The notes under the pieces: generated by a model
Database searches by the model: none
What the model saw: the letters and a program-made list of their open reading frames with translations, nothing else
Told to the model about the DNA's origin: nothing
Shown here: positions 30,014 through 41,100 of the stretch, one piece after another
Position numbering within the stretch: position 1 is the stretch's first letter
Layout of the letters: the number at the start of each line of letters is the position of its first letter
Position numbers and translations under genes: made by a program
Source of the DNA: Candidatus Poribacteria bacterium
Lineage (GTDB): Bacteria > Poribacteria > WGA-4E > WGA-3G
Reading direction: 5' to 3'
Assembly: GCA_965205025.1 (NCBI GenBank)
Contig: CBDBFU010000018.1
Coordinates: 1-64,000, forward strand
DNA length: 64,000 bases

Positions 30014-32920
30014 CTACTCCGCATCCAACTTAACCTTCGACTTCTTGCCCCCATGAATACTCGGCTCCTGACACAACATTTTCCGAAGCAGTGCAAGCCC
30101 TTCATGCACATCCGGACGTTCCGATTCCGTGATACCCAGCACATCTGATAACAACAACCGATCAAGCTCATGACGCACAGGGTCCTCATCCATCTGATTA
30201 AAAGGTAACATCTGCTTATGTTTCAGTTGGTTGAAAATCTGTTCTGCACTTGTCAAGACATCATCAGAGAGTTCGCGAACATCCAGCGTTGGCATTGCAT
30301 CGAAAGCAGCACGGCTCAATTTTCCTCTACCTTGCTGTTGCGTACCACTATGCATCCAGTGGGTGAGCAAACCAAACGTTGAATTACACCACAATGTCCA
30401 CACGTACTCATATTTTTCATTCATGAAGCAGACATTAGGAATTAAGGCAATGCCGAGAGATTTATCTTCAGTAAACATCACCACCAGTGAATTCGCATTA
30501 AACCGCAATTCCGTATTATAATGGACCCGACTATTCAACTTCAGAATTCGCTGCGCTTTTTCGTCAGAATTTGCGCGCGGTCTGGCGTGAGAATCTGGCG
30601 GTACTACCATCGCTCGCTGGGTCGTGCCATCTACATGCCACAATCCTGGATACTGCGCGGTGTCTGGACAGCCCTTCTCTACGTCAAAAGCACCTCTGCC
30701 GCCACCACCGTATATGTCCTTAGGACCTGCCCCAAGCGTCCCAATCTCTGACGCGAGGCAACATGGAAATTGAATAGCGTCACCCCCCTGGCGCGGAAGC
30801 CGTATCTGTCCATTTGCAAGATAGTATGCCGCTTGAATTGCCACCATGTCTTTTACACGAGAAATGGGCCATCCTGTATCACTATGCGGAAGTGGAGCCG
30901 AAATCACTTGTCCTATAGTAGCATCTCCTATCATGAGCGGATCACCGCCTCCCATACCATCTTCAAGATGTCGGGAATTACTCTTGAACCTACGAATCTG
31001 CTTCGCGACTTCCAATGCTTCTAACTCTCCATTAAGAGACCGCGTAAGACAAATGAATATTCCTCTCCCAGTATTTTTGCGTTCACCCTTCGTTGCAACA
31101 ACGAGACACTCTGCCATTCCTGTATCTGCGGAAAATGCACATTTTTCAATATTGGCATCAGCAACCGTGATTACAAAAACATTATGATATTCTTCTGCCC
31201 ACATTTTACGAACCTTCTGCCAACTACTGCCAGTAATAGCCGTGGCAGGTAGCACAAATGCCATTTTGGCGTTCCGTTTTAGCATTTTGTCCGCAAGTTC
31301 AACAAAGTGTGCCCCGAGACCTGTGTTATTGCCTGTGAGTTGACACTTCTGTACTTTGAGCGAATCTCGCATTGCTGCTGCTACCTTCTTGTCCCCAAAA
31401 ACGCTCTTTGGTACATTTGCGTTATTATCACCTGTTCGCGTATAAGGTGGATTCTGAATAACAATGTCAAATTCGCTATGTCTAAACGCATCTCTCATGT
31501 CAGTTGTTTCTGTGCCTTGTCCAGTGGCGGTTTCTGTAGTGTCCAGGGTCAACGGGAGCGTCCCTGATGGATCACTGAGTAGGTTGAGGGCACCAATCGC
31601 ATAGAGTCCATCCTTGCGCTGCGTACCGTAAGGCATTGTGTGAATACGTGTACCACCGATACGGACATCAGGGTAGGTACTCGCAATAATAGACGCTGTC
31701 AGATGCGCAGCGTTCGGCAGGATGTCACATCCTACAAGATTATTTTCCATCATATATTGATGGAGAGTTTCCCCTTTACCACCTGTCTGTTCGTAAAGCA
31801 TGAGGAGGCGTTGATAAACACCGTTGAGGAGTGAACCTGTGCCGCAGGCGAAATCTGCAATTTTCAGTTTTTTTGGATCGCGGTTAAGTTCGGGTAGCGC
31901 GAGGGCACAAAGCAGTGCAGAGGATTCGGGACGGGTGTAGTTTGCTTTGAGGATTTTCCGATTGTCGATAAGTTTCTGGAACACTATTCCTGCCAGTTCA
32001 TGCTCTTGGGCAAGTCCCCTCTTTTCTAATTCGCGGGCAGTATCGCGCAGTACACTCAAAATTTCACCGACCAGTTTATCATCAGCGGCAAGCGTTTCAA
32101 CGAGATTGTAGGCAACGTTAAAAATCGGTGCATAGTTAACCTTTTGGATTTCTCGCCATGCGCGGAGGATTTCGTCTGAATCAAGTTGTCCGTAATCTGC
32201 GGTGAGTTCACTGAGCGAGGGTACGTTTTCCAAATCTGGTTTACGTGCAAGGGAACTCTGAAATACAAGGGCATTGCTGATGATGAGCATTGCCATTTGT
32301 GTAGTTTGGTCACCGGGTTCTTGGACAAGGAGTTCACCTATTCTTTTACCGATTTGGGGGCGTTGTTCAATTGCACTATTAACGATAACGGCGGCACGAT
32401 GGATGCCGTTTTCCAACAATTCAGCGGCTTGTTCAATTTTGGTGATGGGTGTAGCACCAATACGAATTGCGGTTGCAATATCAGCGATGCTACCGTGAAG
32501 CCACCCTTTTCTCGGGAATCTGCGGGGTTCATCAAGATTAAGAAGATGATACGCGAAATCTTTAACGGCTTTTAGATTTTCACTAATCTCATCGCGTGGC
32601 ATTGTGCGGAATCTGTATGGAATGCGGATTACCATTGCACTGGTAAGTTTCTCATGCGTCATCGCGAGCGTCTTGCCTAAGTACTGTTCACGTGCCTGCT
32701 TTTCACCTGTTTCATTGGGACCGCGCTTGTAGTCAATTTTCACCTCAACTGCCATTGGGTTTCGTTCAACTGTACGTATAATTGCATCAGGTTTCTTTTT
32801 ATTTTCAACGAGTGGCTTCGTTGTCTGCTCATAGATTTTCCATTTTGCACTCATTGGCAACAAGATTTCTATGAATAACGTTGTTATGGTATCTTCACTG
32901 TTTGATGGTTGATGTTGCAT
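30014..32920 (-). CDS. Type IIG-like fused restriction endonuclease / N6-adenine methyltransferase
   Basis: N-terminal KPD...EVK nuclease motif; NYTRP, DFACGTGSLL and QNPPY motifs; C-terminal specificity region; higher GC than its flanks. Confidence 0.8.
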   Translation of the reverse strand: MQHQPSNSEDTITTLFIEILLPMSAKWKIYEQTTKPLVENKKKPDAIIRTVERNPMAVEVKIDYKRGPNETGEKQAREQYLGKTLAMTHEKLTSAMVIRIPYRFRTMPRDEISENLKAVKDFAYHLLNLDEPRRFPRKGWLHGSIADIATAIRIGATPITKIEQAAELLENGIHRAAVIVNSAIEQRPQIGKRIGELLVQEPGDQTTQMAMLIISNALVFQSSLARKPDLENVPSLSELTADYGQLDSDEILRAWREIQKVNYAPIFNVAYNLVETLAADDKLVGEILSVLRDTARELEKRGLAQEHELAGIVFQKLIDNRKILKANYTRPESSALLCALALPELNRDPKKLKIADFACGTGSLLNGVYQRLLMLYEQTGGKGETLHQYMMENNLVGCDILPNAAHLTASIIASTYPDVRIGGTRIHTMPYGTQRKDGLYAIGALNLLSDPSGTLPLTLDTTETATGQGTETTDMRDAFRHSEFDIVIQNPPYTRTGDNNANVPKSVFGDKKVAAAMRDSLKVQKCQLTGNNTGLGAHFVELADKMLKRNAKMAFVLPATAITGSSWQKVRKMWAEEYHNVFVITVADANIEKCAFSADTGMAECLVVATKGERKNTGRGIFICLTRSLNGELEALEVAKQIRRFKSNSRHLEDGMGGGDPLMIGDATIGQVISAPLPHSDTGWPISRVKDMVAIQAAYYLANGQIRLPRQGGDAIQFPCCLASEIGTLGAGPKDIYGGGGRGAFDVEKGCPDTAQYPGLWHVDGTTQRAMVVPPDSHARPRANSDEKAQRILKLNSRVHYNTELRFNANSLVVMFTEDKSLGIALIPNVCFMNEKYEYVWTLWCNSTFGLLTHWMHSGTQQQGRGKLSRAAFDAMPTLDVRELSDDVLTSAEQIFNQLKHKQMLPFNQMDEDPVRHELDRLLLSDVLGITESERPDVHEGLALLRKMLCQEPSIHGGKKSKVKLDAE

Positions 32921-33061
32921 ATATTTCTCATAAATTAAATAGTTGTGCTATCGTTGATTTAATTATAGCAGTTTAGCAAATGTAAGACAATAAAAGAGTG
33001 AAACCAGGTATTGCGCTCGTGACAGGAAATGCCCTGAAAACTAAAGTAATGTCTCCATTAG

Positions 33062-33607
33062 TTTTTCGGTATTATACAACCAGACCTACAATATTATTTT
33101 CGAAATCTCGGTGTTTCCAGTTTTGATAGTGCGTCCTACTTGAGAAAAGCGTGGGCAAGTCAAGATAGAAATTATTTATCAATAGATGGAGAAACATGGT
33201 ATGGGAGTTTCCGAGTTCCTTATAGTAATTCAAAAGCAATGCTTGATGCTGAAAAATCTCAATCGGAGATTTCCAATGGTGATTTAAAAAAAATGGAAAA
33301 AGAATGCCTATCAAGTCTCCAAAATTTTGATGCTGAAAATAAAATAGAAGATAGTGAAATTCAGGAAGTGCTCGCCAAAATTAATGAATATAGCAAAATT
33401 CTTCATGGGGCAAAAGCAAATGGTCACTATTCTAAAAAACATTTGAACTTACTTGAAGACCGTCCTTGGAAAAAATGTAAGTGTAAAGTTTGCCAAGATG
33501 CAGGTATTGATATTGTAATCTTTAGAGGGGCAAAGCGTAACAGACGTAGAGGATTTCATAATACTTGGGTATTTTACCATAAGATACTGCAAAGATTAAA
33601 AAAGTAG
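33062..33607 (+). pseudogene. dpdA: 5'-truncated DpdA/TGT-like transglycosylase (7-deazaguanine DNA modification) fragment
   Basis: In-frame GVSSFDSASYLRKAW and RPWKKCKCKVC...IVIFRGAKRNRRRGFHN; in-frame TAG at 33059-33061; N-terminal part missing. Confidence 0.65.
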
Positions 33608-33747
33608 TTTAAAAATGTGGGCAATGTTTTGCGATGAATATCAGGCATTCTTGTGTTTGGAAACCAATAATTCTCCTATACATTATTTTCAACAAATACC
33701 GCAACCTTACAGGGTTATGCCAATATTAAGAATTAAGGACTCTTTGA

Positions 33748-33880
33748 TGTAGCATAAACTTCCAGTTTGTGCAGTATCTTCTGTAGCATAAACTTCCAGT
33801 TTGTGCAGTATCTTCTGTAGCATAAACTTCCAGTTTGTGCAGTATCTTCTGTAGCACAAACTTTCCAGTTTGTGCAGTAT
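33748..33880. repeat. Tandem repeat, 4 x 34 bp of a GTAG-REP unit
   Basis: TGTAGCATAAACTTCCAGTTTGTGCAGTATCTTC starts at 33748, 33782, 33816 and 33850 (last copy variant); no spacers. Confidence 0.9.
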
Positions 33881-34925
33881 TTAATGACCTGCATAACAAC
33901 AATTCATGGTATAGACAATTATAAAATCAAATAGAAAACATCCCTCCTCTTCTATCCTTCCATTACCCAAAATAAATGAAAAAATATTGAAGAAAACCAA
34001 ACTATAAAACAACTAAAGACATAAATAAATATTAAACTTGACTATATATTTTTATTATGTTACCATATATATTACAGAAAAAGCATAGCATAAAATGTAG
34101 TCATGAAATTTTTACAACAGTTGTAAAAACGAAATCGAAATCTCATACTCCTACAAACCTATACCAGAACAGGCTTTAGAGCAATTCAAAACATGAACAG
34201 AGTATGAATTCTTAAAAAAATAACATTTTTTTGGAATTTCTAACAAACTCTTTCTGGGACTGACTTGAGAGCACTTTAAAACATAGATGTTTAAAAATTG
34301 TGTTGTAAAATAAAACTATGGTGTATCTCATAAATATAAATCGTTATTCACATCTAAAGAAAGAAGATAGAACAATAAAGAGGAAGATGAAAAATGACAA
34401 TCCAACATTTTCATAAAAATACAATCAGACATAGAAAAAATAGCGAATGGCTTCAGGGGTCAGGAAATTCAGAAAAACCAGAAAATGACACAAAACTCAA
34501 AATTCTTAAATTTCAAGAAAATAATCATAAACCCAATCCACCACAGGGATTAGAGCAATATTACAAAGTTACACTCTGTAACGAAAAGTGTAACTTTTTC
34601 ATTTTACTCTCTTTCGTTTTACTAAAGAGTATCACATTAATACAGTTCCTCTTCGTAGGGACGGGATTTCCCAGTCCGTATTTTCGATATATTATACATG
34701 GCAAGAACAATGAAGCCTCCAAATATATGATTTATGGGATATGTTCTAATATCTTGTCAAAATGGACGGTTAAAATATTTCACATTCATACGGTCCCAAA
34801 TCAATGGATGAGAAGAAAAGTAAAAGACACAAAATTCAACCCCACTTTATAATTGGGACAAATTTTTGTAACCTTAAAAAAGTGGCTATAAACACTGTGT
34901 GGTACTGACAGGAGAGAGGTTTTAC

Positions 34926-34959
34926 CAATGTCACACCATGTGACAAAAAGTGTAACTTT
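34926..34959 (+). repeat. 34-bp TGTCACA/TGTGACA/TGTAAC motif, copy 2 (variant at ~34565-34597)
   Basis: Inverted copy of 9877-9910. Confidence 0.75.
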
Positions 34960-35121
34960 ATTAAACATATTTATAATATAAATATCACAAATGTGAATAA
35001 TGAAAACGGAGTAAATTTACACAAGAATTACCCTGGTTCAATATAATATATAACAAAAAATAACTCTATGATTTCATGATATTCAGGCAAAAACTTTACA
35101 CACCCCTCTACCGATTTTGTG

Positions 35122-35150
35122 TTGACAAGAATAAGTAAATTTGTTACACT
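35122..35150 (+). promoter_or_regulatory. Putative sigma70 promoter of the transporter operon
   Basis: TTGACA-17bp-TACACT with an extended -10 TG. Confidence 0.55.
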
Positions 35151-35165
35151 TAGAAAAGCGAAATC

Positions 35166-38100
35166 ATGCATTTGAGGAATTATATGAGGATCCAGAGATA
35201 TATAGTTGTACTTTTACTGGTATTATGGAGTAATATTTCTCTTAGTTATGCTGCAGAAGGTAAAAAGACATTAGGTTTATCGGAAGCTGCAATACAGATC
35301 CGAGATGAACTCTCCATCCGAAACATTCGTAAAGACCTTGCCCGATTATCCAGCCTTCAAAGCCGAGTTACCGGCTACCCACAGGCAGCAAATGGTAGTA
35401 AATATATATTTGATCGCTTCGTTGAAATGGGATTACAGAACGTTGAAAGTCGTGAATTCTCTGTAACCGTTCCAATTGATCATGGTAATAGCGGTATTGA
35501 CGTTATTTCCACTGATGGTTCTATATTACATTCCTTCCCTCTAAGACCTTTATGGCCTAATCTGGTCAGAACATCTTTACTTACAGATGGGATCAAACAT
35601 ACAGTTGAAGTCGGTGAAACCCTTCAAGAGATAGCAGATAACTATGCTGTACCATTAACTGAAATCCAACAAAATACACATAATCAACACCTTCCAACAC
35701 CCGTTGTTGAAGGGAATGTTGTTTTTATTCCAACAGGTGGACTCACCGGTCAATTAATCTATGCCGGTAATTCTCAACTGTCAGATTTTAATGGCAGAAA
35801 TGTAGGTGGCTTTTGGTATCCCTTACAAGATGGAGATACACTCGTTTCATTAGCAAGACGTTACCGTGTCACCCAAGCCAGCATAACTGATGATGTGCTT
35901 AACGGACATCTTCAGAAAGCTTCTGATGGAATTGATAATGATGAAGATGGAATAGTTGATGAATACGGTGAAATTCCGTTGCTCTCAGAAATACTTGGAT
36001 GGGCGACAGACGGTATTGACAATAACGCTGATGGATGGACTGATGAAGTTCCTGGGGATGACACAGATGGCATTGATAACAATAGAGATGGTCAAATTGA
36101 TGAAGCCGATGAATTTGTTGCTGCAAGTGAGTCTCATATCTTTATACCGAAAGGGGCTATTATCCTCGCTGATTTTAACTCCGGTACACGCTGGATTAAT
36201 GCTGCAATGCTCGGTGCATCTGCCGTCATTTTTATTGAACCAGAAACAACTATACGTGGTGAAGCAGAAAACAAATTCCTTACTGTTCCAGCAAATATAC
36301 CCCGATTTTGGATTTCAAAACAGGATGCAACTGAAATAAGAAATCTCCTGGACACAGAAGCACAAGTAAACGTTCAACTACATGGGAAGATGACTTGGGA
36401 ACGCCGTGTTGGACAGAATATACGAGGATTCTTGGAAGGTGCGGATCCTGTATTACGGGATGAATTAGTCGTATTAACTGCGTATTATGACTCTATGTCT
36501 GTAGTGCCGGCACTTTCTCCTGGGGCTGATCCTACGTGTGGAATTGCAGTGTTAATGGAGATTGCTCGGTTATTTAGTCTACCGCAATACCGTCCTGGAC
36601 GATCCGTCCTATTCGTTGCCGTTGATGCACACTTCCAAGGCTTAGCAGGAATGCGTGCATTCATGGAGGGTATTGGTCAAGATATCGTCGGAACCACAAC
36701 CGATTCTCCAGGAACACCAACCTTACACGGGTTGAGACGAGGATTATCTAACGATATTATTGAGTTCGAAGAATTAGGTCGTAAACTACTTCTCTCAATT
36801 GATCGCAGCATTTTAGTTGACCTTGACGCAACTTTCTATCACGGTTTACACGGTATACGTGAAGACCTCGAATCGCTTGAGATTACTCTTGAAGGACTTT
36901 CTACCACCCGTTCTCAAATTGATTCTCTACATACAGCACAACGGGATTTTTCTGAACGTCAAAAAAAGCAGGCTGACCGTAGCAGAAAACGCGAAAAACA
37001 AGGATTTACAGAAGAAGAGAAATCAAGACTTAATGCTAACCTCGTTCGTTTTGAGAAAGAAGCACTTCAAACTACACACTTCCTAAGAGACATTGTTAGT
37101 AGACTCGGTCAAATTAGAACATTGGCATTGGATACAAGTAGAGATGCACAACGTGATCTGATTGAGAGTATTGCATTACCAATTGCAAGATTAGATACTT
37201 GGGCGATTGATAAGTTGAATAGAGAACTTGAAACAGATGAAATTGGTGACTCGTATGGCACACATCCTAATACTTCCTACCTTCTACCAGTTAAGTCTGG
37301 ATCGGATTACAATGTACCAACACCAGATGATCTCCCATCAGAATTGGTCGCAGATATCGAAATGCTCAATAAGACATTGGCTAATTGGGAAATGAGCGAC
37401 CAGAGAAAGTTCGCATTGATGTGGACTCCGGATAAAATTCTGGACCGACATTTGGATTTACCCTCCCTAAAAGATGCACGAAAGGCACGTAAAGTTCTTG
37501 CCAACACTGACGAACCTATGGAAGAGGCAATATCAAGAGAACGAGTATTGCTACAAAAAATCAGAGACAACCTTAAAGACAGCAATGCTATTGAGCAACA
37601 AATAAAAACTGCTATCACGAAATTGCGTGATGATCAAGAATACAATCTCCCAAACGAAATCCAAAACCAATATCTAACAGACACATCAAAAGATCGAATC
37701 GAAACAGTTAATGCTCAACTACGCCAACGTCTAACTGAAGCAGAAGCAGCTACCGAAACAGAAGGTTTTGATGATTCGTCGACTACTATCCTAATTGAGG
37801 ATTTAACTCGGGACAAGCAAGGTATTTTTGAGATTGCTCTACGGAATGTTCGTTTGGAGGAATCCCGAATTCTGAATCTCATTGATTCCCATGAAACTCT
37901 TACACGAGAATACCTGGATGAAGAATTAATCATACTAAATGGGTACTTAACTAAAGATGAAGTTGAGCAGGTGAAAGAAGCTCGAAAACACATCGCGGCT
38001 TATTTAGTTGAGGCACAAATTCTTGAATCTGTTAAAAACACCGCTGCAGCAGACGTTATTTCCCTTGAAAACCTAATCATTCAACTGCCATCTATAACAC

Positions 38101-41100
38101 GAGATTTAGATGCGCAGACTAAAGTTCTGCTCCGTGATAATATGCTCACTCTGAGAAATGCTCGATTCCGAAATATACAGAGTAGGGTTGAGAAAATGTC
38201 GCGTATAAGTGATATAGAATACAATCACAAACTCGAACAAATTGAAGCTGCTGTAGCATTGCAAGATCTATTCAACCGATACTATACATCTCTATTCTGT
38301 AGTATTGACCTTTCCTCTCAATCCAGTCAGTTTGGCGTCTTTAATAAAGGGTGGTTCTATGACCAGCAGCCTGAGTTTGTATTACGTAGGGAGTTTGCGA
38401 GTATTGGGAATAAACTTGCCGCTTATGCTGCTGATGCAGACTTTGGTGTACGAGTCAGAAAATTGTGGCAAGCCACAGATGACCAAATACGACAAGCTGT
38501 GATGGAACGGCAATGGTCGGTAGCCAGTCAAATCTCTGATAAGGAAGCGCTTGAAGGGAAGACACTTGAAACTCTCCTAAGCGCACATTATGGTAAGCTA
38601 ACGGGTTTAGGTGGTGTCAGTCGTCTGATGAAGATGCAATTTGAGCAGTGGAGAAACCGTGGTGAACCCTCGGAAGACATGCTCAAGGATATGGACTACA
38701 TTCGAAAAGAGGTTGAACGGTTCATCCGTAACGATGTTCGAAGTGCAAAGAAAAACCGTAAGAATAGTATCCGAATGCGTGAACAGTTAGATGCTATGCT
38801 AAGACTACGCCACGAAGACCCAGATACTTTTACAGAGGATGAGATTGAGGATATAAAAACATTAATCTCTATTGTTGGACTCGGTGGTGATACAAACTTC
38901 GTAAATGCTATATCCGCAAGTGGTGGAAAGACATGGAAAACATACATCCCCGGTAAAATCGCATTTGATAGTGAAGTTGCCACACTCGTTGGTAAAACAG
39001 GAATAGCATTTGCAACTATTGAAGATGCTCGCGTTCTCACCGATACACCACTTGATACAATTGATCGTGTGGATCTCCGTGAAGATGGAAATTTACACCA
39101 ACAGGCACAAACATTAGCATCTCTACTGATACAAGCGTTGCGTGACCCACAGATGCCTACCGCAGCACGCGTTGGAAACTTCTATTGTAACCTATTCGGG
39201 GACGTAGTTGAATTTGATGCACGTGAATCCGCTCTTCCCAACAAACCTGTCCCATATCCCATCCTTACGCTCCGACGTAAACACAAATCAATGATGGGGG
39301 TTCGTGGTGATCTATTTGTTATGGGTGATAACAAGGGGAATTTTGCAGTCGCCGGATTAGCCATGGAAGGTAGAGCAACCCGTCGACTTGGTGGTGTACA
39401 GGAAGTTGAAGCTTATATTCTTGATCCCGATTCTGGAGATATTGTCTATGCTCCCGATCTTGGAAATTACGGTGCCAAACTTCTTCCAAATAAGGTATCA
39501 ATCAACACACGCCGACGCGGATGTCGTGTTGTCACATTCCAATGTGTTTCTACGACTATCTACGATTTAGTTGACCAGCGTTACCTACGGACATTACGGG
39601 AATTAGAGGTATATGATGCGTTGTCGGATAGTCCACCAGAAAAATTTGGTGTATCTAAACCGTGGCAACAAGAAGGTGTTTCAGCTGCTGAACCGATTGC
39701 ACTTGTATATAGTGAACCGGAAACTCGTATTAAGATCGGTATGGCATACGGACAAATCGGAAAACGGCTACTCCTTATTAAAGCAACAAAAAGTGGTATG
39801 AAAAACCCTACACTTTATACTGGGGAAGGGTTCGTAGTAAGAGAAAACGGAAGTATTCGATTAACCCCTTATGTCGTTGTACGTGATATGTGGTGGCTTG
39901 ATGAAAACAGGTCACGACTCTATAAAAGGTTTGGTATTTCAAGTGACCGTCTCGACAAATTACATCAATTTGCAAATGAATATCTGACCCGCGCTGAAAC
40001 TGCACTATTCCAAAACGATTACCAACAGGCTCTTAAGTTAGCACGAGCAGCATGGGGATACGAATCTCGTGCTTATCCAGATGTAAAAAGGACAGGTAAT
40101 GATGTTGTAAATGGTATCATGTTCTATCTTGCCTTGCTGATGCCGTTCGCCTATTTTATGGAACGTCTGATATTTGGTTTCCCAAACATTAATAAACAGA
40201 TTTTAGGCACATTTGGTATTTTCCTTGTTGTCTTTTACTTCCTCAGTCAGGTCCATCCTGCATTCCAGATTACAACAACACCAATTATCATTCTCATTGC
40301 CTTTGTTGTTCTTGCCTTGACAGTGATTGTAATTAGTATTATCGTAAGAAAATTCGAGGAACAACTTGAGAAAATACGCCAGCAGGGTAACAAAGTATAC
40401 AAAGCCGACGTGGGTAGATTGAGTGCAAGTGCCGCTGCATTTAGCCTCGGTATTTCTAATATGCGGAAACGAAAAGGACGTACCATTCTCACCTGTGCCA
40501 CATTGGTTATACTTACATTTACTGTTATATCATTTACATCTGTGCGGACATTTATGCATCCAAACCGTACAAGTCTGCCACAGGTTACACCCCGTTACAC
40601 CGGATTACTCATCCGAGACCAATATTGGCGTCCACTTGAAGAACCCGTTCTAAACTCAATTCTCAATGATATGCAGAAAACACAAATTACTGTTGATGAT
40701 TTAGAACGTCTTCTCAGACAGAAAAACCAACTTCTGGTGAAACAAGGGCAAACGGAAATAGATATACCTGCAGCCATTGCACAATTAGAACAGAATGGAT
40801 TTATTGTTAATGTTGATGAAGAACCCATTCTCGCAGTTAAGAATGTTGTAGCACCGCGTTCTTGGTATCAATCTTCAGGAACAGGTGATCAGTCCTTTGT
40901 ACAACTAACGCGTAGCGCAAATTCAGAAGATACATCACCACCAACACATCCACTTACGGGTGAAGATTTACGTTTTGCTGCTAATATGCTTGTCGGTATG
41001 AGTGAAGCGGAACCTTCAGTTACAGGTATTGATCGTTATCTCCAATATGGAAAATGGTTCGATCGTGAAGATGCTGCAAATTGGCCGACAGATTGGCCCT

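Noticed and set aside
26209-33607. Prophage or integron cassette array
   Set aside because: No integrase, structural genes or attC-like sites were seen; gene orientation is mixed.
33748-33880. Possible CRISPR array (34-bp periodicity)
   Set aside because: The units are contiguous with no unique spacers, the unit is a GTAG-REP found elsewhere in the window, and there are no cas genes.
34394-34852. 152-aa ORF as a real gene
   Set aside because: Low-complexity AT-rich sequence running through a palindromic motif and a REP; no recognisable domain.
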